Shown here: in pieces, positions 1 to 6,969 of the stretch
Layout: every line of letters begins with the position of its first letter
Position numbering within the stretch: position 1 is the stretch's first letter
Origin: Candidatus Rifleibacteriota bacterium
Lineage (GTDB): Bacteria; Muiribacteriota; Ozemobacteria; Ozemobacterales; Ozemobacteraceae
Assembly: GCA_024710355.1 (NCBI GenBank)
Contig: JANJUX010000012.1
Location: 1 to 64,000, forward strand
DNA: 64,000 nt
Direction of reading: 5' to 3'
The notes under the pieces: model-generated
Told to the model about the DNA's origin: nothing
The model's input: only the letters and a program-made list of their open reading frames with translations
The model's database searches: none
Made by a program: the position numbers and the translations under genes

Positions 1-331
1 CGGCATCAAAATGACGGTTAAAGACGTCGATATCGGCACCAATGACAGCATCAATATGAAGATCAAGGGTGAAGTGAGTTCGGTTGTCGCCCAGACGAAG
101 CAGGGCTACCCGCAGATTCGCACCCGCGAGGCCGAGAGTTCGCTGCGGGTTGAAAACGGCTCGTCGATTGTCATGGGCGGTCTGATCAACCGCGAAGAGC
201 GCGAAACCAGGTCGAAGATTCCGCTGGTCGGCAATATTCCGCTTTTCGGCGGCCTGGCCAGGGGGCGCGACAGCGAGAAGACTGATAACGAGATTGTCAT
301 GGTGGTTACTGCAAAACTGATTGAAGAATAA
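1..331 (+). CDS. Type II/III secretion or type IV pilus secretin, C-terminal fragment (5' end lies outside the window)
   Basis: Frame open from the window edge. C-terminal secretin signature ...IPLVGNIPLFGGLARGRDSEKTDNEIVMVVTAKLI, the typical secretin 'VPxLGDIPxLGxLF' end motif. Confidence 0.7.
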   Translation, partial: GIKMTVKDVDIGTNDSINMKIKGEVSSVVAQTKQGYPQIRTREAESSLRVENGSSIVMGGLINREERETRSKIPLVGNIPLFGGLARGRDSEKTDNEIVMVVTAKLIEE

Positions 332-417
332 GCCAGTTACAGCAACAATGTTGCGGGTAGTTCTGTATAGACTGCGGAAGGCGCTGGCGGAAAAAACGCG
401 AAATTGGAATGAAAATA

Positions 418-451
418 GCCGGTGTTCGAATTACCGGATCGAATTTTTTCG
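418..451 (+). terminator. Possible intrinsic terminator downstream of the secretin gene
   Basis: Hairpin ccggtgttcgaattaccgg followed by atcgaatttttt. Confidence 0.3.
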
Positions 452-474
452 TTACGGCAGATTCAATCAACGGG

Positions 475-1275
475 TCAGATGAATATCTCTGGTGCGCGGC
501 GCGGCATGGCCGAGAGCTTCTCTCTGAACTGCTGCAGGGTTTCCGAGGCAGCGACCCGCGCCTGTTGTGGGCATTTTTTGACGCAGGCGAAGCAAAGTAT
601 GCACAGTTCTTTTTTTGTCTGATAACCCTTTTTGAAAAACACAGCGCCGGTTGGGCAGACTTCCTGGCAGCGACCGCACTCGGTGCAGATTTCGTGTTTC
701 GTTTCGACGGCGGTGTGATTGATGTTTTTGCGTTCGGGCAGCGGAAAAGTGCCCGGCAGTTTGAGCTCGGGTATGGCAGCTTTCGGGCTGAGAGACTGCA
801 CTTTTTCGTAGATTTTGCGGCCAAAGTCGCGCGCGGCCTCTTTGTCGTCAGCGTCTGGCCGCCCTTTTGCGATCTTGTATTTGTCATTCGAGTAAGAATG
901 CTCACCGACGAAGGCGGCGGCGGCTACGGTGAGCAGCCCGGCGCCGCTGGCGAATTCCCGCAGATCGATGAGAGCGTCGTCATAATTGCGGTTGCCATAA
1001 ACGGCAACAAGAACTGCCGGGTTGTCGGCGAATTTTATCGTGTTCAGGCGCTGCAGGGCTACGGCAGGCAGCATGCCGGCATAAACCGGGGCGGCGATCA
1101 CCACCAGATCTTCTGGCTCGATTTCGATTATTGAGTCAGCGTATTCTGGGTAGGTAAGGTTGTTTTCTATGACTTTAAGCGGGTCAATACCGATGCCGGC
1201 TGCTATTTCGCTGATGATCTGGCGGGTGGCACCGGTTGGTGAGAAGTAACAGAGGCAGACGCGCTTGAATTTCAT
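475..1275 (-). CDS. Flavodoxin-like domain fused to a 2x[4Fe-4S] ferredoxin domain
   Basis: ORF trimmed to the internal ATG (MKFKRVCLCYFSPTG...); the longer upstream extension overlaps the divergent promoter. Flavodoxin-like N-terminus (CYFSPTGAT, VIAAPVYAG). Two CxxCxxCxxxCP motifs (CTECGRCQEVCP, CILCFACVKKCP). Confidence 0.75.
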   Translation of the reverse strand: MKFKRVCLCYFSPTGATRQIISEIAAGIGIDPLKVIENNLTYPEYADSIIEIEPEDLVVIAAPVYAGMLPAVALQRLNTIKFADNPAVLVAVYGNRNYDDALIDLREFASGAGLLTVAAAAFVGEHSYSNDKYKIAKGRPDADDKEAARDFGRKIYEKVQSLSPKAAIPELKLPGTFPLPERKNINHTAVETKHEICTECGRCQEVCPTGAVFFKKGYQTKKELCILCFACVKKCPQQARVAASETLQQFREKLSAMPRRAPEIFI

Positions 1276-1358
1276 TATCTGATTCCTTGTGATGGTTGAT
1301 TTTTCGTGACCAAGCATACCCCCAAACCGTATCTTCTGCAACCGCCGCAAGAAAGTGT

Positions 1359-1388
1359 ATTGACAAGCCCCGGCCCGGCATAATATAC
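1359..1388 (+). promoter_or_regulatory. Sigma70-like promoter TTGACA-18-TATACT
   Basis: TTGACA at 1359-1364, TATACT at 1383-1388. Drives the short leader/sORF transcript. Confidence 0.4.
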
Positions 1389-1439
1389 TTGCCGCGACGG
1401 TTGAGCCGTCAAAATTGCAGAAACCGGAGGCCCGTAAAG

Positions 1440-1493
1440 ATGATTCATGATTTTTTTTATCGCGATGCCTCCGTTTGTTCACTGTCTCTCTGA
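1440..1493 (+). CDS. Candidate 17-codon small ORF / leader peptide (MIHDFFYRDASVCSLSL)
   Basis: GGAGG Shine-Dalgarno 10 nt upstream of the ATG. Lies between a strong promoter and an intrinsic terminator. Confidence 0.2.
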   Translation: MIHDFFYRDASVCSLSL

Positions 1494-1510
1494 CTGAATT
1501 CGTTTTCAGA

Positions 1511-1544
1511 AGCGGGCTGACCAATGGTGGCAGCCCGCTTTTTT
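1511..1544 (+). terminator. Rho-independent terminator
   Basis: Stem agcgggctg / cagcccgct with an 11-nt loop, followed by a T6 run. Confidence 0.5.
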
Positions 1545-1828
1545 GCGCCAGGATGGCGCAACGCAGCGGAGGCCAGGGATGGCCGGGAGTCGCGTCAGCG
1601 GCAGCGAAAAAAAAGATTTATTGATAGTTGCATGAATAACGTCATGTGTTGTTCTGGTAAGGCACGGGGAGAAGTCGGGATTGCTTTTTCGGAAGCTTGT
1701 GAGCGAAGCGAATCGCTGGAGAAAAAGCAACCCGACTGATAGACCGGGCCGCCGAACCGGTCAACCAGATTTTAATTTTACGGGTATCAATAAAATGAAC
1801 GCCTCAGGGCAAATTTAAACAAAAACAG

Positions 1829-3655
1829 ATGCAGAAAAACAACAGTAAATCAGTATTGAAACGAATTCTTCCCTTTTTCAGGCCGCACCTCGCGAGCCTG
1901 GCGGTGGCACTTGTCACGATGGTCGTGGTTACGGCCGTGCACCTGCTGCGCCCGATGATTCTGCGCACCATCATCGATACGGCGATTCCGCAGAAGGACA
2001 TCAGCATGGCGGTCATGTACGCCGGTGTCTTTATCGGCTGTCTGCTGGTCGGTGCCGTGGCAATGTATGTCAGAGTCAGAATAATGGCCCGCATCGGTGC
2101 CGAAGTCGTTGCCGAAATCAAGCGCCGCCTGTTCAGCCATATTCTTGGCCAGGGCATGCGCTTTTTTGACCAGAACCAGACCGGTAAGCTGATCACCCGC
2201 AGCGAGTCCGACGCTAACCAGCTGAAGTCAATGTTCACCCAGTCGACAGCTCAGCTGGTGGCCAGCATCATGCTGATCGTCGGCACCATCATCGTTCTGA
2301 TGCGCGAGGATGTGCGCATCGGCGCGGTCGCCATGCTCGCCCTGGTCATCGTCGGCCTGGTGATGTTCTTCTATCTTACCTATATCCGCTCGCTTTACAC
2401 TAAGGTGCGCGAGAAGAACAGCGCCCTGACCGGCTACCTGACCGAATATATTCAGGGCGTGCCTCTGATCAAGGTGCACGGCCGCGAAAAAGACATCATG
2501 AACAACCTGCAGACGCACAGCGAAGAAAAAGCCAGGCTCGAACGCAAGGCGGCATTTGTCGAATACATGCTGTTTTCTTCAAGTTTTCGCTTTTTTACCG
2601 AAATCGGCGTGCTGATGCTGCTCTTCGCCTACTGCAGCAGCAGAGTCTACGCCGGAACCATGAGCGTCGGCACTTTAGTGATGCTGATGGAACTGCTGCG
2701 CCAGTTTTTCAGACCGCTTGAATTCCTGATCGAAGTGCTCGCGCAGCTGCAGACAGCGTTAGCTGCAGGTGTCCGCGTCTTCGATATTCTCGATACCGAA
2801 CCGGCGGTCAAAGACGAAGGTCAGCCGGCGCCCGGCCTCAGACTCAACGAAAAAATCGCTTTCAACGATGTCTCGTTTGCCTACGACAGCGAGATTGTGC
2901 TGAAAAACGCCAGTTTCGAGATTCCGCGCGGGCAGCAGCTGGCGATTGTCGGCGCTTCAGGTTCAGGCAAGACCACCTGTATCAATCTGCTTCTCAGGTT
3001 CTATGACCCGACCAGCGGCAGCATAACCGTCGATGGCCGCGATATTCGCAGTGTCACCCTCGAAGACTGGCGCCGCAACATCGCTTTGGTGCTTCAGGAA
3101 ATCTACCTTTTTCCCGGCACGATCATGGAAAACCTCAAGGCCTTTCATAGCGATGTCGACGACGAAACGGTAATCAGAGCCGCGAAAGAGCTGGGTGCGC
3201 ATGACTTTATCATGCGTCAGAGCAATGGCTACCAAACCATGCTCGCCGAGCGCGGCGCCAACCTCTCGTATGGCGAACGCCAGCTGCTTTCTTATACACG
3301 GGCAATGGTTAAAAACCCTGACCTGCTGATTCTCGACGAGGCGACCTCGTCGGTCGATGCGATCACCGAACGCGAGCTGCAGGCGAGCATGGAAAAACTG
3401 ATGCAGGGCCGCACCTCGATCGTGATTGCGCACCGTCTGGCGACTATCAGAAAGGCTGACCGCATTCTCGTTTTCGAAAAGGGCATTCTGCAGCAGAGCG
3501 GCAGCCATGCCGAACTGATGCGCAAAGATGGTATCTATCGCGAACTGGTTAACATTCAGACTGCCGGCCGCGGTGACCCGTCTGTAGACCCTGGCGACAA
3601 TGCTGAAATTGCCGCCAATAACGGCAATGGCGAAGCAACCGGAGCTGTTGCATGA
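1829..3655 (+). CDS. ABC transporter permease/ATP-binding protein, exporter half-transporter (subunit A of a heterodimer)
   Basis: N-terminal six-TM exporter domain. Walker A GASGSGKTT, non-canonical signature LSYGERQ, Walker B LLILDEATS, H-loop IAHRLATI. Confidence 0.9.
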   Translation: MQKNNSKSVLKRILPFFRPHLASLAVALVTMVVVTAVHLLRPMILRTIIDTAIPQKDISMAVMYAGVFIGCLLVGAVAMYVRVRIMARIGAEVVAEIKRRLFSHILGQGMRFFDQNQTGKLITRSESDANQLKSMFTQSTAQLVASIMLIVGTIIVLMREDVRIGAVAMLALVIVGLVMFFYLTYIRSLYTKVREKNSALTGYLTEYIQGVPLIKVHGREKDIMNNLQTHSEEKARLERKAAFVEYMLFSSSFRFFTEIGVLMLLFAYCSSRVYAGTMSVGTLVMLMELLRQFFRPLEFLIEVLAQLQTALAAGVRVFDILDTEPAVKDEGQPAPGLRLNEKIAFNDVSFAYDSEIVLKNASFEIPRGQQLAIVGASGSGKTTCINLLLRFYDPTSGSITVDGRDIRSVTLEDWRRNIALVLQEIYLFPGTIMENLKAFHSDVDDETVIRAAKELGAHDFIMRQSNGYQTMLAERGANLSYGERQLLSYTRAMVKNPDLLILDEATSSVDAITERELQASMEKLMQGRTSIVIAHRLATIRKADRILVFEKGILQQSGSHAELMRKDGIYRELVNIQTAGRGDPSVDPGDNAEIAANNGNGEATGAVA

Positions 3656-5532
3656 AAAAATCAATGAAAAGAAAAGACCTCAGACACAACCGAATCTACT
3701 ACCTGAAGTGGATCTGGAACGAATACCGGCCGCACTGGCGCATGGTTCTGCTGCTGCTGTTCATGACGTTCCTGTCCACCATCATCGCTGTAATGTTTCC
3801 GATGGTGCTCAAGCACATCATCGACAGTCTGGTTACCGGCCTGAACAACTACCAGGCCGGGAAAATCACCCTCGATGCCGCGCTGAGCGAACGCAACCGC
3901 ATGCTGCTGATGCTGCTTGCCATGGGTCTCGGCCCATTTTTCTCGGGTATCTATACAAATTTCAGAGCCCGCATGAACGTGGCTTTCGAACTGTATTACC
4001 GCGAAAAATTCTTCGCCGAGATCCTCAAAAAGGGGCACCGCTTCTTTCTCAAATTCAGAACCGGTGATCTGGCAACCCGCCTGACCGAAGACATCAGAAC
4101 CAACCCGCCGGGGCTCTCCTGGCTGTGCTGTTCCGGTATCTTCAGGGCGGTGAACTCGGCCAGCATCATCTTCTTCTGCGTTGCCTCGATGGGCCTGCTG
4201 CACTGGAAACTTGCGCTTCTCGCCTGTGTTCCGCTGCCGATCATGCTGTATATCTTCATCCGGCTCGAAACCAGCTTCGGCGAATCATTCAAAGACGTTC
4301 AGGAAGGCATGTCAGAAGGCAATGACTTTCTTGAAGCCTCATACTCAGGCATCAAGATCATCACGTCTTTCAATGCCCGAAAGCCGCAGCAGCAGCTTTT
4401 CGACAAACTTCTCGAAAAGCGCATCAACCAGGAAATCAAGGTTGACAGGCTCTGGGGCATGTTCATGGTCTTCTTCGAATTCCTCAACTACGTCGGCGAA
4501 ATCATGGTTCTGGTCTTCGGCGGCATCATGGTTATTCGCGGCACGCTGACACTTGGCACCTACTATGCCTTCTTCAGCTACCTCGGCATGATTATCTACC
4601 CGCTGATGGACATTCCGATGATGCTCGTGACGCTCACTCAGGCCTGCGTTTCGATCGACCGCCTCGAAGACCTGCAGAAAGCCGACGGCGTTGCACAGCA
4701 ACCAGAAGTCGATGGTACCGCCGAGATCGCCTCGATCGACGATCTCTGCTTTGAGAATGTCAGCTTCAAGCATACTCTTGTGGAAAATTCCGAGCCGCAG
4801 GAAGTCGAAAAGACTGCAGACAGCGGCGCTGTTTCCCCGGATGGCGATGCGGCGAATGACAAAGAGCCCTTTGCCTTCAAAGACCTCAATTTCGCAATCA
4901 GAAAAGGGGAAAAGGTGGCAGTGGTCGGCCAGATCGGTTCGGGCAAAACCACTCTGCTGAACCTGGTTTCGGGCATGATGCAGCCTGATTCCGGAACTGT
5001 CAAGGTAAACGGTGTGCCGCTGACCGAGATTCGCCGGCAGTCTTTCAGAGACAGAATCGGCTACATTCAGCAGGAACCGGTGATCTTCTCAGAGTCGATC
5101 CGCACCAATATCGACTTCTGGCGCAATAAGTCGGATGAACTGATTCAGGCATGCGCCAGAATAGCGCAGTTCGACCGTGAAGTCATGGCTTTTCCGGGCG
5201 GCTTCACCGAGCCGGTTGGCCAGCGCGGCGTAACGCTCTCGGGTGGCCAGCGGCAGCGTCTGTCGATTGCCCGTGCTCTCGTCGGTCAGCCGCAGCTGCT
5301 GCTGATGGACGATATCACCGCGAGTCTCGATGCTGCCAACGAGAAAAAGCTCTGGGCTGACCTCGACCGCGAATACGGCGCGATTACCTGCCTGATCGTG
5401 ACGCACCGCATGGCGACTGCAATGATGGCCGACCGCATCATGGTTCTCAAAGACGGCCGCATCGAAGCGACCGGTTCACATGACGAGCTGATGCAGAGCT
5501 GCGAGACCTACCGCCACCTGGCTCACGCTTAA
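3652..5532 (+). CDS. ABC transporter permease/ATP-binding protein, exporter half-transporter (subunit B; degenerate Walker B)
   Basis: ATGA start/stop overlap with the upstream ABC gene. Walker A GQIGSGKTT, canonical signature LSGGQRQR, but Walker B LLLMDDITAS (catalytic Glu replaced by Asp). About 30-aa acidic insertion near the NBD N-terminus. Confidence 0.9.
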   Translation: MKKSMKRKDLRHNRIYYLKWIWNEYRPHWRMVLLLLFMTFLSTIIAVMFPMVLKHIIDSLVTGLNNYQAGKITLDAALSERNRMLLMLLAMGLGPFFSGIYTNFRARMNVAFELYYREKFFAEILKKGHRFFLKFRTGDLATRLTEDIRTNPPGLSWLCCSGIFRAVNSASIIFFCVASMGLLHWKLALLACVPLPIMLYIFIRLETSFGESFKDVQEGMSEGNDFLEASYSGIKIITSFNARKPQQQLFDKLLEKRINQEIKVDRLWGMFMVFFEFLNYVGEIMVLVFGGIMVIRGTLTLGTYYAFFSYLGMIIYPLMDIPMMLVTLTQACVSIDRLEDLQKADGVAQQPEVDGTAEIASIDDLCFENVSFKHTLVENSEPQEVEKTADSGAVSPDGDAANDKEPFAFKDLNFAIRKGEKVAVVGQIGSGKTTLLNLVSGMMQPDSGTVKVNGVPLTEIRRQSFRDRIGYIQQEPVIFSESIRTNIDFWRNKSDELIQACARIAQFDREVMAFPGGFTEPVGQRGVTLSGGQRQRLSIARALVGQPQLLLMDDITASLDAANEKKLWADLDREYGAITCLIVTHRMATAMMADRIMVLKDGRIEATGSHDELMQSCETYRHLAHA

Positions 5533-5566
5533 GACGCCAATATACCGTAAAGCCGCCGCACTTTAA

Positions 5567-5764
5567 TCAATAGTGTGGCGGTTTTTCGTCGTGGGGGATG
5601 GTTTCGTCGATCGGTGAAGGGGTGGTTTTCGGCTGCAGCCTGGCGATTTCCTTGTAGCAGCGGTCGAGCTGCTTCTGCTGATCGACGATTACTTCGTTGA
5701 GTTCTTCAACGAACTTTTCGAGGTAGGCGAGGCGTTTTTCGATTTCGATAATGCGGTTTTCCAT
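5567..5764 (-). CDS. slyX: SlyX family protein
   Basis: 65-aa coiled-coil protein ending ...PPHY, as E. coli SlyX does. Trimmed to the internal ATG so it does not overlap corA. Confidence 0.7.
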   Translation of the reverse strand: MENRIIEIEKRLAYLEKFVEELNEVIVDQQKQLDRCYKEIARLQPKTTPSPIDETIPHDEKPPHY

Positions 5765-5780
5765 GGTGTGATTCCTGTTG

Positions 5781-6848
5781 TTACAGCCAGTTGCGGCGTC
5801 TGAAGTAGACGAGCATGCCAAGCGCGACCGAGATCATGATGAACCAGATGCCAAAATAGCCCCATTGCCATTTAAGCTCTGGCATGAACTCGAAGTTCAT
5901 GCCGTAGACGCCGGCAATGAAGGTGAGCGGAATGAAAATCGTGGCGATGATCGTCAGGGTGCGCATGATTTCGTTCATGCGCAGGCTGATGTTCGAGATG
6001 TAAAGATCGTAAACGCCGATCGAAACTTCGCGCAGGGTTTCTGAAGTTTCGAGAACGTGCACCGCATGGTCGTAGATATCGCGAAAATAAATGCGGCTTT
6101 CCGGCCAGATGATTGGTGAGTCAGCTCGCAAAAGCGCGGCGGCAATCTCACGCAGCGGCCACGAAATCTTGCGCATGTAAAAAAGCTGCATTTTCAGCTC
6201 ATGCACGTCGTTGCCGTTGAATTCGTCGGGGGTTTTCAGCAGTGTTACTTCGAGCTCTTCAAGCGCCTCGGCGAGGCATTCGAGAACGACGAAATAGTTG
6301 TCGATGATGATGTCTATGAGGCTCAGTGCCAGGTAATCTGAATGACCCTGGCGGAGTTTGCCGATATTTTTGCGCAGGCGCTCGCGAATCGGGTCGAAAA
6401 CGTCGCCGGGGTCTTCCTGAAAGGTCAGAACATAATTTTCGCCAATGACGAAACTGACCTGCTCGCTCTTGAGCTTGCCATCGTCAGTGATGTCAATCAT
6501 TTTGATAATCACGAAAAGGTAGTTGTCGAAAGTTTCGAACTTGGGCCGGTGGTCAGGGTTGAGAATGTCTTCGATCGTCAGCGGGTTGATGCTGAACATC
6601 TCGGCGGCGGTCTTGAGCGTTTCCACGTCTTTGAGGCCATAAAAACAGAGCCACGACACCAGGTTGTTCTGGCGAATGGCGTAGAGTTCGTTGATGTCGG
6701 TTATTTCGCGCTCGTGATATTCGCCGGCATCGAATTCGATCAGCTCGACGATAGTCTCGTTGGCCCGGTCAGGGGAAAAATTGGCGATGGTTCCCTGGGG
6801 TTTGCCCGCCTTTCGCTCGGCAATGCCTTTTTTTACAAACGGCAGCAT
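5781..6848 (-). CDS. corA: Magnesium/cobalt transporter CorA
   Basis: C-terminal two TM helices with the YGMNF (GMN) motif. Acidic cytoplasmic N-domain. Trimmed to internal ATG (MLPFVKKG...), 355 aa. Confidence 0.85.
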   Translation of the reverse strand: MLPFVKKGIAERKAGKPQGTIANFSPDRANETIVELIEFDAGEYHEREITDINELYAIRQNNLVSWLCFYGLKDVETLKTAAEMFSINPLTIEDILNPDHRPKFETFDNYLFVIIKMIDITDDGKLKSEQVSFVIGENYVLTFQEDPGDVFDPIRERLRKNIGKLRQGHSDYLALSLIDIIIDNYFVVLECLAEALEELEVTLLKTPDEFNGNDVHELKMQLFYMRKISWPLREIAAALLRADSPIIWPESRIYFRDIYDHAVHVLETSETLREVSIGVYDLYISNISLRMNEIMRTLTIIATIFIPLTFIAGVYGMNFEFMPELKWQWGYFGIWFIMISVALGMLVYFRRRNWL

Positions 6849-6969
6849 ACTTTGACCTCCACGGCGATTCTGCCGCCATGCTACCACAATGACGTGAATT
6901 TGATTGTATAAAATTTGCGGCGGTTCTATAATTGACAGCAAGATGATTTCTTTAAGAGGAGCCAGAATA

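Noticed and set aside
409-1134. 241-aa plus-strand ORF and 306..905 minus ORF overlapping the flavodoxin gene
   Set aside because: Overlap a homology-supported gene. No RBS. Composition typical of spurious high-GC ORFs.
1524-1739. 71-aa ORF downstream of the leader terminator
   Set aside because: Starts inside the terminator hairpin. No RBS. Arg-rich low-complexity translation.
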